A stretch of DNA of 63,866 bases, the filler included, from Reticulomyxa filosa (taxonomy: Eukaryota; Protista; Foraminifera): assembly GCA_000512085.1 (NCBI GenBank). It is 23 parts of 23 records of this genome, joined end to end, with 100 filler letters (N's around TTAATTAATTAA, not from the genome) between each part and the next. Parts side by side here need not be neighbours in the genome. Positions count along the whole stretch, not along the records: positions 12,685 to 14,025 come from ASPP01009768.1; positions 14,126 to 15,948 come from ASPP01006938.1; positions 16,049 to 18,678 come from ASPP01022005.1; positions 18,779 to 20,606 come from ASPP01004800.1; positions 20,707 to 22,330 come from ASPP01029627.1; positions 22,431 to 24,630 come from ASPP01012074.1; positions 24,731 to 29,032 come from ASPP01010385.1; 16 more parts are not named here. One strand, 5' to 3'. Under the pieces are notes generated by a model. The model was not told the origin of the DNA, made no database searches, and was given only the letters and a program-made list of their open reading frames with translations. The translations under genes were made by a program, and so were the position numbers. This document shows, in pieces, positions 13,961-27,554 of this stretch (its first letter is position 1; every line of letters begins with the position of its first letter).

Positions 13961-14213
13961 ATTTGGAAAAAAAAAATATATATATATAAATATATAAATC
14001 AAACGCAATAAAAAAAAAAAAAAAANNNNNNNNNNNNNNNNNNNNNNNNNNNNNNNNNNNNNNNNNNNNTTAATTAATTAANNNNNNNNNNNNNNNNNNN
14101 NNNNNNNNNNNNNNNNNNNNNNNNNAAAAAAAAAAAAAAAAGTGATAAATATACATATTACATATATTATATATATACATATATAATATATGTAATATGT
14201 ATATTTATCATTT

Positions 14214-14838
14214 CTCCACAAAACGTTTCATCAGCAAAATTATCCGCAATGACCGTAACTTTGGCGGCTCCATCGTTTGCGTCGCTCACCGGACCAATTT
14301 GACTCTTTGGTCGAGCACGGTTTTCTAAATCTTCCCACAAATCGTAACCGATGGCTGCTAATTGTACTCCTGCTTTCTGTGCCTTAGATTGGGGGGCTTT
14401 TTTTTTTGAGATTTGGTCGGTGTTGCCGTTTGATGTAATCTGAAGACGAATTTTTTGCGCAAATTCACTGCTGCTGCTATCACTGTTATCACGCTCTTCT
14501 TGTTCACCAGAGTTCAGTCCTGTTGTATCGTGTGCTTTGATATCAACAACGGCTTGGTTATCATTTGACGCCATATGTATGTCTTGGCTAACATTCACTG
14601 GCTTTGTATTCACTGTTAATGCTACCTCTGGGGCATTTTTCATTGCTTCGCCCACATTAAGCAGTTGAAGTTTGTGCGTCACTTGCTCCAGTTGATCCAA
14701 TCTCAATTGCTCCTTGCAAAACCGGAACAAAACCATCATTACTATCACGTTAAACGCCACATACAACAGCATACTCAACGTCGATATTGAAATATGTTGG
14801 CCAAATCCAATATTTACTTCCCAACTCGAACCTGTCAT
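14214..14838 (-). CDS. Uncharacterised protein with an N-terminal TM helix (3' truncated)
   Basis: ATG at 14838 (MTGSSWEV...), hydrophobic LSMLLYVAFNVIVMMVLF, then a hydrophilic open frame up to a GT donor near 14213. Confidence 0.55.
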
Positions 14839-15490
14839 TTTTTTTAATATCAACAGTAACAAGGAAGCCACTGCTGAAGAAATATTAGGGAGAAAGGGAA
14901 AGAATTTTATTTTATTTTTACAAAAGTAGTTTTCTGCGTGCACGACCGGACATACATATTGTGTTATAAGAGAGAACCGATTTATATTCAACACAAAAAT
15001 TTGTTGAGTTAACTCTATGGTTGTAAAAACAATTTTCACTGGTGACTTTGATTTAAATATATCAAAATTTAATATGTCGTTCATTGTTCTACTAGTTGTA
15101 GCTATATGTGTTATTTGTCATTGATACTTAGTATTGAATGCATCAAGAGCTTACATAACTTTTGTTAAAAGTAGTTTTTAACTCTATTGTTCATTTATAT
15201 TTTCGCTCTTATTCCAAATCTGTTTTCAATTGTTTTCCTTTTGGCAAATTGGATATCCTAGTTTTTAAACTTGTAATTGTAATATGCTAGCGGCGATAAT
15301 GGGTAACATTGAGTTTGTCAATAATTTAAACTAAAAACTATTTTGGACAATAGTGATCAACTTTAGTGTTCTTTTTTTTTAAATAAACTAAGTTGTTTCT
15401 TCTTTTGGGCAGTTATCAGTAAACAGGGAGAAGAGTGTAGAAACTTTTTTTCTTGTCGTCAAAAGCAATTGCTTGCAGTTGTGGGACCTA

Positions 15491-15887
15491 ATGTTTGTTG
15501 CTTTGAGGCTTGCTCTTGCTTTGGTATTGATCTGGGATGTTCGTGTTGGACACTCAATTACTTGTCATCAAGTAAGCAATTCGACCTGTATTTTTAACTG
15601 CGACAGCACGACTAGCTGCAGTGGTGTAACGCTACATTGTGACAATTCAATTACAAATTGTCTGGTGAATTGCAAGTCATCATTTAGTTGTAATTCGTCT
15701 TCCATTGAGGCCAACGGTCAGAAGAGCTTGCAAGTGAATGTGTCCGCAAGTTCTGCGTTTTCAAATAGCACTATCAAAGGACAACGTATTACTAATGTTA
15801 GTGTTACCTGTTCAAATTCTGGTTCATGCAGCTACAATCGCTTTACTTTTGTAAACTCAACTGATGTTTATATTAATTGTCTTGCAG
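15491..15887 (+). CDS. Secreted cysteine/serine-rich repeat protein, first exon
   Basis: Signal peptide MFVALRLALALVLIWDVRVGHS, then regularly spaced C-x3-C-x4-SC repeats with many N-x-S/T sequons. Confidence 0.7.
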
Positions 15888-16048
15888 GTATAGTCAACTG
15901 TCGTATATACTTGTGTTTATACTTTTGCAACGTACCCTCCCCCCCCCCNNNNNNNNNNNNNNNNNNNNNNNNNNNNNNNNNNNNNNNNNNNNTTAATTAA
16001 TTAANNNNNNNNNNNNNNNNNNNNNNNNNNNNNNNNNNNNNNNNNNNN

Positions 16049-17060
16049 TAAAAATGCATTATGTCATATGTTCATTTGTCTTTTTATCTAATGGTTCAAC
16101 AATGAAATTAATTTATAACATGGTAGTAATAGGTGTAATTAATAACTCCATTATGTCCTTCTAGTACTTGAATTTGTCTTCCTAAAGACACATCATACAT
16201 TCGAATAGTTTTTCATTTGAATACGGAATAACTTAGAATCATCTGATAAAATTGTATTCCTCGCATATCGTGGAGTGTCATTGTAATATTCAAATTGGTT
16301 TTCCAGTCAATATATCACTTCGGCACGTTATAATTGTCTTTGCATTCCATTCATTTAATTTAAAATGATTATAAAAATATTTGACCAAATTGTTATTGTT
16401 TTTGCAATATAAGCGAAATATTTCATTACATGAAATAAACACATCCATGAATTGTTGTTGCTATTGTTGTGAAGTATTAGTTTGCTCGTTAAAATGTTTC
16501 CACAAATCTTCTCCTAAATAACGACAATATAAACTTTTTCCAGATCCAGGTCTTCCTTGAATTATCATTACTACAAATTTTATGGCAACCAAATACTTTA
16601 CTTTTTTTATTATCTTGATCAAAAATGGATTATTATTAGCTTGCATATGTTGATAATGCATGTAAGATGACTGTATTTCCTTTTTTTATTTCTTAATTCT
16701 TGTCTCTTGCAATGTTGTTCCAATATCTGAATGATTTGCTAGTTTACCTTTACCCATAATATATGCTTTATAATAATCAAATAATGTCTTATAAATTGTT
16801 GCCTTTTGATCTATTTGTCTTAAATTGAGAAAATTGATTATATATAAATTGGGCCAATTTCAATGAGATATCATTTTTAATATCTTCATTTGTTGTTCCT
16901 TTTAATTGAGGTGGCTCTATTATTCCATTTTTCAAATGTATTTGATAGCGATCTGCCAAACTTGTAATCTTTTTTTCTGTCATCCATTCGCAAGTAGTAT
17001 CAATAATCTTAGTTAATGTTTCATCACTTGTCTCTTTTAATTCCTTATCTTCCGTATTAT
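16049..17060 (-). pseudogene. Degenerate NACHT/STAND-type P-loop NTPase
   Basis: Walker A VMIIQGRPGSGKSLYCRYL at about 16515-16575; surrounding frames have many stops and shifts; very low GC. Confidence 0.65.
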
Positions 17061-18184
17061 CTATGTTATATGTGTGCTCTTATATTTTATAATACAAATG
17101 ACTAAGTTTAAAATATTCATTATGAAATTTTCTAGTGTTCAATATAAACTTCATATTTTTGAACAAATAGCTTGATATTGTGAAATCGATGATGCGTTTT
17201 TGATTGATTGTTAAAGTAATTCTTGTTTTTGGACACAGTCATTCCAAAAGTGTCCGCTTCTTGAAGAACTTTCACGGCTTTGTCCAATTTGGTATTGTTG
17301 TTGCATAAAATGGTGAATCTTCCAATATCAAATACTTGATTTCAATTTCCATCATAATCACGTTCTTTTTCTTCCTTTTCATTCTTCTTGTCTTCGCTGT
17401 GTCGATATTTCCGCGCGTTATTTTATCAAATGCTTCAAAAAAAAAAACAACCCAATCCTTTGAATGCACCAACAAAAAAACTTTGTAAAGTCTTTGAATG
17501 TAAATGGTGCAGAACCAAGCAGACTTCGACAGTGACGCGGAACTCGACGCAAATGTAATACCGAATTGCTGGTCGATATTGGTGATGTTATGCAATTGAG
17601 TGACGTAATAGTGAGCAATCTGATATAGAAGAAAGAGAATTGTTTTTTAAAATATTTTTGCTTTATTCGTTTGTTCTGAGTTTAATTTTAAATTTTATTT
17701 GCAATTTGTTAGTAGTGTATTTTAAGTATTTGATGAAATTATGTCCATTTGGGTTCGAATACAATAGCTTTTGCAATTTGTGGAATTTATTCTATGTTCT
17801 TATCTGCATAGTTTACAGACTGCAGTAAATCGTTCTTTTAGTTTTTGGTGATATTTTTGGTGTGTGCATAATAAATATACTTAAATTAAATTGTTATTAA
17901 AATATTTCAAACTAAAGTTTCATAGTATTTGCTCACTATTGAATTTATTACGTGCTTTAAGTAGAACTGTTGGGCATTTGATATATGTTAAACATTTTTT
18001 TAATTGATATGAATTTCTTGCTTTCTCAAAAGTATAAAAACCAAAATTCAGCTTTAGAACAAATTATTTCTCACATATCTTATTAAAAGGGTACAAAAAT
18101 ATTTTCTTTTTTAAGTGACAAAAATTCCAAAAATAAATCAAACAAAAATCCAAAGTATAAATTGAATAAATTAAAAAATAAAAA

Positions 18185-18678
18185 TCAAAACATAACTTCA
18201 TTCACACCCCAAACACAAATTCGACCTTTTTCTGAACTATAATATAAATGAACATCACAATCATCTTTTGATTTTTGCTCATTATTATTTACTTTCTTTC
18301 TAAATGATACAAATTTAAGACATAATATTCCATACTCTCCATCGTCTCTTTCGTTCACACACAATTCTTCATTAGTTGATCGAATATCCCAAAAACGAAT
18401 TGTATTATCCCATGATCCAGAACATATTACATTTGAATTACAAATACTATTCTTTATTACAAATGGTGAATATTCAACAGACAATACTTGGTCTGTATGT
18501 CCATTGAACACTCGAATTTGTTTACCAGATCGAATATCCCACAAACGAACACTTCTATCATCTGACCCAGATAATATTGTATTTAGTAATTCATTTGATC
18601 CATATTTTACACTATTCACAGCACCGGAATGCCATTTGAATAAATTGAATTGTTTGGTTGTTTCAATATCCCATATTC
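18185..18678 (-). CDS. WD40-repeat protein, C-terminal part (multicopy family)
   Basis: ILSGSDDRSVRLWDIRSGKQIRVFNGH, ICSGSWDNTIRFWDIR; closely paralogous to 43113-43715. Confidence 0.9.
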
Positions 18679-18959
18679 NNNNNNNNNNNNNNNNNNNNNN
18701 NNNNNNNNNNNNNNNNNNNNNNTTAATTAATTAANNNNNNNNNNNNNNNNNNNNNNNNNNNNNNNNNNNNNNNNNNNNCATATCGAACGTATTGCAATCT
18801 GATCATGTGTTAAGTAAGTTTGAAAAAATTGTTTATGCGTAGTTCAAACTTCAGATAATTTTATTGAACTAATTTAAAAAATCTTGTTGTGTGCTGTATA
18901 ATAGATAACGATATGGAAAAAATGTGAATAAGATTATCACCACTTGGAGTACGGGCAAC

Positions 18960-20600
18960 TTTGTCGTCATTGGATTTTTGGCTGTGGTCGTGGAGTTTGA
19001 TTATTATCGTTGTTGCAGCTGGGTGTTATCAAGTTGAGTTCCTGTAAATCGTGTTCCGGCGTTGAAGTTCGTTGTAAGTTGTTCCTGTCGTTATAAAATT
19101 GAGTTCCTGCAAATCGTGTTCCGGTCGTTGAATTGGTCTCAAGTTATTCCTGGTCATTACAAGCTGTTCAATATTGGATCGTGTGCAGTCGTATAGTCAA
19201 TATCGATTTTATTCATTCGACCCAAAAGTTTCGATAAATTGTATAAATGTCTTTTTTTTTTATGTAGGGATAACACGTATATAATTGTAAACTTGTCTGT
19301 GTGTAAATAGGTAATTTGGAAATAAAAAGTATGAAAAAGGGGAAAAAATGGAGAAAAAGGTCGTGGGAAACGATGTATACGTGTTGGTGGAGATGTGGAT
19401 TATTTATAATAACCTTCGCTGGCATTCCGGCAGAAAAGGGGTGAAAAGTTAGTAAATCCCCCATAAAAATGCGTTGTTGATTTGTGGCTATGAAAAATTA
19501 TGGGTATTATGATAATCGAAATTGATATACGTCCAGCCAATACTATCACAACTTCATATCCTTCGACTGCATCCAAATCAAATTACCATTTTATAATCTC
19601 ATTCACAATTTCTCCATGATCAACATCAATTGTGGTATCAAAGTGTCTTATCATACGCGCAATGACACGTTATTCATTGGTAAAGACTTGACGATCTCGC
19701 AATTCTCATTGGACTAGTCTGGCTATTAAAATATTTCGGTGGCATTGGCAAAGAAATATCCCGAAAAGTGTTGTAATTGCGCAATATCGTATGAATGTGA
19801 TGGCCAGCGGAAGTCGTTCGAGTGGCCAAAAGCGGAGAACATTGTGGTCAAGTGTTTTGGTGTTATTGCGATTCGTCGAGATGTCTAAAAGTTGATCTAT
19901 AAACAGTTCGTTTTTTGTGAGTAGACAAAACAAATAAAAAAACTTCTTTTTTAAAAAAATATATACGTACAAACATAAAAATAGGTTCTGAGAACAATCG
20001 ACAAGTCACTTGGGGAAAAGGTGAATCGAAAAGTCCAAAAAAAGAAAATTCACAAAAAAAAAAAAAAAAGATCATGCGAAAAATTTTTTGTGGAAATATA
20101 CGTGGCAGGGTCATCAATAGATATACGTACCTGATTCCTCAAGGATAAAAAAAGAATAGTATGTGCTTTGCCTCCTATCAACCAAAGCAACATCAGCACC
20201 AATGACCATTACGGTGGAAAGCACGTGCAAGAACGGCAGAAGGAAAAGAAATGGAATTGGCGACGATCTAGTTGCCACAAGGCAAAAAACGATTGGAAGC
20301 TGTTGCAGCCTTCAAAGTCGGAGATATAAGCAACTAAGCGGCGACAAGTCATTGGCAGCGTAATTGTTCTCCACTTTCACGTTCCTGAAATCAAAGTCTT
20401 GGGTCCGTACCTTGAAAAGTTTAATTATTTCATATATGTAATTAATAACTAACATCAACATACTCAAACAATATACGTATTCGAACTTGATGTGCGTTTG
20501 AAATATTTGGATAGGTAAGTAGACATTGAGTGTGCGACCAGGATGGAAAGCGCTCTTCATTCAAGTACACGATATGAAGGCTGCTTCTGGTCTGAATTCA
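18960..20600 (-). pseudogene. Intron-containing pseudogene of unknown family, with a ~75-bp tandem duplication
   Basis: Long near-open frames broken by isolated TGA/TAA codons, with GT-AG introns retained. The unit ttgagttcctgYaaatcgtgttccgg occurs at about 19034 and 19099. Confidence 0.4.
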
Positions 20601-20706
20601 CTTGAANNNNNNNNNNNNNNNNNNNNNNNNNNNNNNNNNNNNNNNNNNNNTTAATTAATTAANNNNNNNNNNNNNNNNNNNNNNNNNNNNNNNNNNNNNN
20701 NNNNNN

Positions 20707-21950
20707 AACACAATTGTGGTGTTCGTTCGAATCGCCGGTTCTGTGTCTTGCGCTTGAAGCTTCAACGGCACAGGCATCAACACTTCACGCAGAGTCTTCA
20801 TGTCCAATTTCGGTGCAAAGTGTAGCAATCATCGAACGGAGCATTTTCTTCGTTGGAGAATTATGTCATTCAACTATACATTAAAAAATATATTAATCAA
20901 ATTATCTGTCAAAAATAAATATTATTTATTTATTATACCTTAAAACTGATGATTGATCCATAAAATCCATTAATAGCACAATTGAAAATATCTTTAGAGA
21001 TAGTATTGATATACAAACAATGAATGAACTTGTACAAGGTTTTCAACAGATGACATAGAGGTCCTTTTCATTATTTTTAAACAAATTGATGATAACGAGC
21101 TTGACAATCTTTTTGGACTATTCTTGTGTAAGCATTTTTGAGATTTTCAAGACGCAAGACAATATGGATTGATTCTACTCCGAACAATGTTTCGGCAAGT
21201 GATTGATGGCAGGTATGATGATATACTTGCACCACTCTGTCGGAAACGACTCAATGTTTTGACCAAGCGCTTGTAGAACCAGCTATTTTCTTTGTTCGAC
21301 TTTCATCCAAAAGCTTCACCGTTCGAACCAACGAGCGTTCAAAAAAAAGTGACGACAAAAGATTGTTTGTTGTCAAACGCAGCTGTGCCTTCATTTTTTT
21401 TTAATAATTGCAATTTCTTATACGTTCTTCTTTTTCTTCATTTGTAACTTCATCACAACTGCTTGTGTGACTTAAGCGTATTACTTTTAGAGAAAAAAAA
21501 CAAACTAATTTAAATTGCATACAAAAAAAAGAAAAAAAGACAAAAATATAAATTTTTAATTTGAATAACTTTGTGCATTTGAATGAATGAATCATACAAT
21601 ATAAATAGTCCAACTATTTCATTCCAATCTTGCTCGCAACGATAACAAAATTCTTTTGTATCGAAAAACGATACAACCATTGATCGAACTGCAGTGTCCA
21701 TAGTCGTAATATTTTCCACCAACGTGGAAATATTACCAATTTGCGTATCTGATGTGTATTGTAACATTTGGAGTTACGTACAATATATCGCAAATACATG
21801 TGAATGCAATCAACACCAATATCTGATTATCTAGATAATTGAATTATGCACGTTGATTGTTTGTAATGAATTAGCCCATTTGACTTTGGATGCGTCTTTG
21901 AAAAGCTTAATGTTGTGCAATTGCAAACACGTAATATTTCCATTGTCACT
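20707..21950 (-). pseudogene. SCY1-like (SCYL1/Cex1) pseudokinase-HEAT pseudogene
   Basis: LHFAPKLD..TLREVLMP..LKLQAQDTEPAIRTNTTIV and IESFPTEWCKYIIIP...VLKISKML match SCYL1 HEAT motifs (LAPKLN..RLQAKDEQGPIRCNTTVC; FPEDFC.HK.LP). Several in-frame stops and shifts. Confidence 0.7.
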
Positions 21951-22430
21951 TGCGTTCGTTCCCATATATCATCCATAACAATCCCATCGCCTTAACGAAA
22001 TACGTGCCGTTACCTCCTAGGGATTTATTGTATTGGCTCCCTTCATTCACCTTTTCGCTGTAGCTGTGAATACGTCTTGTTTCTTTGCGCAAATACGTCG
22101 TAGTTGTCATCGTTCCTCTTTTTATATGATTGTTCATATTACTTGAATGGTCTCCACGACTATTTGCCCATTGTTTCTTTTTTTTCTTTTTTTTTTTCTT
22201 CTTTCTCTCACTCCAAACCAAGTAAAGCACCTCACAGAAATGATCTAGGTTCACATTGCTTTGATTGAAACATATTACAACCACTGAACATATGAAACAA
22301 GAATAAATATACAAACCAAACTTCAAATATNNNNNNNNNNNNNNNNNNNNNNNNNNNNNNNNNNNNNNNNNNNNTTAATTAATTAANNNNNNNNNNNNNN
22401 NNNNNNNNNNNNNNNNNNNNNNNNNNNNNN

Positions 22431-22464
<34 letters not shown>

Positions 22465-22482
22465 AATAATATCGCGACAATA

Positions 22483-24610
22483 ATGAGCTCAGGTCCAAAT
22501 GGAAACACAAATGTTAAGTCCAATGAGGATAATACGACAAAACACATAAAAAGCACCAACTCGAAATCAACAATGGGAAGCGACTTGACGAGACCAAATC
22601 AAATGGAAAGCGGTTCATTGAACAACAGAACGGCGAGTGTATCCAACTCATTGTGGAGTATAACACCCAATCTTCGCAACTTGAATGTTCCCAACGAGCT
22701 GGAGTTACTCAATAATCTCGACACAGAGGAAGTGACAATCGATTTGAAGAATAACGAGCGATTTCATCCCAAATATTTTCTGAAGGTGATTGCATTTGAT
22801 TTGGATAAGACAATGGTGCGAACCATATCATTACGCACAAAAGAGCAGCCCCAGCAGGAGCAATTTAAAAATGGCTATTTTATGTTCTACGACGACGAAA
22901 CAGGCGAGTTTCATCATGTGTACAAACGTCCTCATTTGTCCGAGTTATTGCAATTTCTCCAACGCGTCGTAAAAGAGCAGTACAATGTCACCTTAATTCT
23001 GTCCACACATGGCACCGAAAAGTACGCTCAGACCATTTTGAAGCGCTGCGGTGCATCTGATCTCTTTGCAGTTTTGTCGGAGATACAAATGTAGGACTGC
23101 TCACAATTAGCAGCAACTAATAAAATTTTTTTTTTTTTTTTTTTTACACTTTTTCATTCACTCTTCTCTTCTCTTCTCTTCTTTTCTTTCATTCATTCAT
23201 TAAAAAAATAAATAAAATAGATGATGATGCCCCGTCAAGATTGGCATCGCAGACAATTTGAAAATGATTACAAAACCCGTCGATTCAAAACGATTGCAAG
23301 AATGGCCGAGCGTTGCGATTGCACAGTGGAGGACCTTTTGATGATTGATGATGACCCCGCGGTGTATGGGCATGTCGACCGTTGTCAAGGGTCATTAATC
23401 CACATAAAGCCATTCGAAGACCCAACAATCCAAAGCGACGACAAAGAACTGCTGAAACTGAAAATCTGTTTGCACAATATACTCCAATACGGCAAAAACT
23501 ATTACAATCATCTGCTTTGCAGCAGCATTATCTATACGGGTCTTATCAACGAATACACCATCGCCGAAACACGTCGACAAAAGCAGCAGACGCAAACACA
23601 AATACAAACACAAACACAGACCAAGGACTCTCTCCTCGACTCTCCTTCTAAAAAAGATGTAAAGGATAGCACAGAGAAGAATAATCTTGTCAAATTGTCG
23701 AGCAACACGCTATATCTTCGAGATCGTCTTTTTCGTATGTATTTTACTTACTTATATTTGTATGTTTGTATTTTCGTATTTGCAATTTGCTCATTGCAAA
23801 CAACACAGTGCATCATCTGCGACTCCGTCTAAAAGTGCTATGGTGTCTACGATGGGAGTTTGGAATCGAAATGAACCCACAAGAGAGATTGGGAACATTG
23901 TATTTATTCGATCGTTTTCATCGAGAAAAAAAAATCGATTGGCGCAAAGCAGAACTACATTTTAGTTTGCACGAGTTTATCATATCAATGTTCGGATGTT
24001 TGTTTATCGCTCGACAATACCTATTTTCGGACAAAAAAAGACCAAAGCAATTCCGTCGTGACCCTTACTCATGCGAGCTCTGGCTTTACCACGTGGACTT
24101 GTATCAGACCATCATCACTCGCTTGACTGAGAAGCGCATTGCCTTTTTGGAAAAGTTGCAGCAGCAATGTGGCAGCGTCGATCACGACAGTTCTACCTGC
24201 AGTGATCCAAGTAATACAAACGTATTAGATCAATACCATCATGGCCTGGACTCATTACACTACCCTGTTCCATTGATACACCAGCGCAGAGCACACTTGT
24301 CGAATGACGACGGGGACGTGGAAATGGACGACTATCTCAAACCACAAAAGCAGCCGGACGAGGACGTATCCATGGTCATCAACGAGGTGGACGAACAAGA
24401 GACTATCGACGACAGCGGCAATCGAACGGGAGGAGAGGAAGAAGACGAAGATGAACTGGATAAAAAAGAGCAAAGCTCACATGCTCCCTTGTCCATCAAG
24501 GATGCCCCTGAGGATCATAGCATATTGCCTCATGACAAAAATCCCTTTATTGATGCTCATCTGAAACATGAACAGGAATCATTGGTTCTCTCCACTTCCG
24601 CATTACAGTT
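22483..24610 (+). CDS. HAD-superfamily FCP1/SCP (NIF-domain) protein phosphatase with a long C-terminal extension
   Basis: Motif I AFDLDKTMV, VYKRPHLSELL, motif II LSTHGTEKYA, motif IV LMIDDDP, IHIKPF...DDKELLKL. Exons about 22483-23070, 23221-23735, 23800-24610. Confidence 0.85.
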
Positions 24611-24730
24611 TGAAATATATTTATTTATTTNNNNNNNNNNNNNNNNNNNNNNNNNNNNNNNNNNNNNNNNNNNNTTAATTAATTAANNNNNNNNNNNNNN
24701 NNNNNNNNNNNNNNNNNNNNNNNNNNNNNN

Positions 24731-25116
24731 CATCCCCGTCAAGGTGGCTACGCTATTACTCTCGTCATCCGTGGCATTGTGAATGGCACCAAATGCAATG
24801 AGAGGCTGTCCATACTGTTGCATTTGCGTAAACACGACCGAATATATGTTCAATTGGCTACAGCTATGACAAATCACGCTGCAGTTGATGCCTTGTTCAA
24901 ATGAGCTTTCAATCACCCACAATCGAGCCAGTGTCGCTGCGACGTATATCATAGAATTGTACATGCCCCGAAACGTACTGCTCTGAATCGTTATATCAAA
25001 GCCTGTCTGCATATCCACGATATTTCCATTTGAGTCCGATTTCTGCGTTACCTTTATGATATTTCCTGTACACACAAACATATATAAATATACAAATATA
25101 CATATATACATATACA

Positions 25117-25149
<33 letters not shown>

Positions 25150-27554
25150 TTGTATATTGTTCAAACCGTGTATATTGTCGAATAAGACGTGTTGAAGAGT
25201 TGCATACTGAAGCGAAGAGCCTTTGACGAGAGAGATGTCAAACACGTGTTTGGCAAAGGCCTGGAAGATGGAGTGTGAGACATTGAAAGAAAGATCCTGA
25301 CGCTGAGTGCTGGCGATTACGAACAGAGTGGAGTAGGGAAGAGCGGAAGGGGAGAGTGGCGTGGTGGCAATGAAGGTGGAGTTGTGAACATCGAAAAGAG
25401 TGACTTGGGCGAGTTCAAAGGCGGCATCAACCACGTCGTCGTCGTTATCGTTGTTGTTGTTTGCTTTGTAGTCATAATCCGACACAAACTCGACGAAGGC
25501 GTTGCGAAGAACAAAGGTTTGGACATTGGCTCCATACAAGATATGTCCGGCGACATTTTTGCGAACACTCCAATTTTGCATCCACACTTGATATGCGTGC
25601 GATACATAAAAGAGAGTTTGATTGATAAGATTGGATTGGCCGTTTTCTGGGGAAGTACTACTTGTCACTGTCATTTGTGTTAGCATGATACTGACAACAG
25701 GAGAAGAAGAAGAAGAAGAAGAATTATCATTTAAAAAGCGAAAAAGATTCTGTCCTTTTCCGATGACAGAAAAAGAACAATCCGACATAGTGATTTGTAC
25801 AACGCCGTCGCCAGCATTCCAAAGTGTCCAAAACACGCGAGCGGTTTGGATACGCCAATCGATGCCAAGGATGGAGAGGGACACGGTCTGCAGATGCGTT
25901 TGAACGTTTGTGTTAAATTCGTAGTCGATACATACGCGAGCGGCGTTGGGACGACAAATGGAGGTCGGACAAAATTGAGCCATTTGCATGTACGAGGGGG
26001 ACGTGTAAATGATCTGTCCGGGAAGTTGTGACCATTGGCCATTGGCCATTGCCGAAATGTTGGCATACATGTCATTGGGATTCCATTGGGCACATATTTG
26101 ATTGTTTGGATTGTCATTGACCGTCATCGTCATCGTCGTCGTCGTCGTCGTCGTCACTATGACAAATTGACAAATGTGATAGTACGTCGTTGTCGATTTT
26201 ATGTTTTGGATGAAATTGACGCATGCCTCCATCGCGCCATTGGCAAACCATTGGCCACACATGATCTTTTCCAATGATTGAACTGGGGCTATGCTTATAT
26301 TCAATATTGTATTGTTGTTGTTGTTGTACACAACACTGCTGAAAGGCTTACAATCTTTCTTTCGATCCATGTCGTCGACGTCTTCGAATGAATCAAAAGA
26401 AGAAGAAGAAGAAGAAGAAGAAGAAGGAGATGACATGTCAATGAAAAATGTTGTAATCATTGTTAACAATTGCTGAGATTGGATTGCAATGCACCATTGA
26501 TACAAATGCAACTCTTCCGATGCTTGCGTTGAACTGACCGAAAGTCGATAACGACCAGACACTGGGGTGTTCTCAAATACTGCCAATGGCTCCAATGGAG
26601 TATATATCAACTGCTCGCTTTCTGACACATTCTGCAAATATCTTTCCGTCGTCGTCGTCGTCGTGTTGTCTTCAAATGCAATGGCATAATCTTCATTCCA
26701 CTCATCGCTATACTTTTGTGCCAACACTATTGTCTTGTCTCCTTTGCTCAAACGTATCGTTTTCTTCCCATTGCCATTGTTTTTCAAATACACATACACA
26801 CTTATCCCTGTTATTCGCATGTCATTCGTATACTCTCCTATCACCATTTCTTCCATCACTTGTCCCAAACCGCTCGCTTCTGACGAACAGTACATGTCTT
26901 GCACTTTTCATTTGTGTTCCATATTGTACAAATGTATATAGCATTATACGTAGTGTATGTGTATATATTTATATATACTGCATGTCACATTATTATATAT
27001 TTGTTCGTACCTTTTTTTTTTTTGGACTCCTCTGCTCCCCCCCCCCTTTCTTCAGATATATACACACATAAAAAGTACTTGCTAAACTTTCACATATGTC
27101 CTGCACCCAAACTTGTGCGTTATGTCCATTGCAACATATGCCTGCGTTCAACTCGGATATGTTGCATATGTGGCCGTTGTGCTGCTCACACCAACTTTTA
27201 CTTGAATCGAATGTTCTCTCCGTTACGTTGCTATTGCCGTTGTCCAGACATTCCATTTGCTCGTTGCTACAACAACGCACTTCAAGCTCCATTGCATTGC
27301 TCATACATTTTCCTGAATAGCTCGTGCTTTCAGATGGACAGGAGTTATATGACATATGTTGTTCTTTTTTTTTTTTTTTTTTTTTTTTTGTCGTCAGGAT
27401 ATCCGTTCATATTAAGTTTTTTTTTGTTTTTGTTGGGTGTACAGCTTACTCAACCGATTGTTGAAAACATTCCATTTGCGCACCAGCCGATCAAATTTTG
27501 CCATGATAATACAATAAATACCAGGAATAACAAACGCAAAGAATTTTGTGTCAT
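24731..27554 (-). CDS. Large secreted/surface protein: Cys-rich module, proprotein-convertase-P-like domain and beta-helix-like region (3' truncated)
   Basis: Signal peptide MTQNSLRLLFLVFIVLSW from ATG 27554. Exon VRCCS..C..TFDSSKSWCEQHNGHICNISELNAGICC. EPLAVFENTPVSGRYRLSV...LYQWCIAI resembles the P-domain C-terminus. A 616-aa ORF with alternating hydrophobic strands and poly-T/S/N runs. Confidence 0.65.

Noticed and set aside
19500-20400. In-frame TGA/TAA as selenocysteine or a variant genetic code
   Set aside because: Mixed stop types with frameshifts, while conserved genes in the window end in normal TAA/TGA and have no internal stops; pseudogene decay fits better.
25384-26277. Several plus-strand ORFs overlapping the 616-aa minus ORF
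   Set aside because: Antisense shadows of a relatively GC-rich exon, with no motifs.
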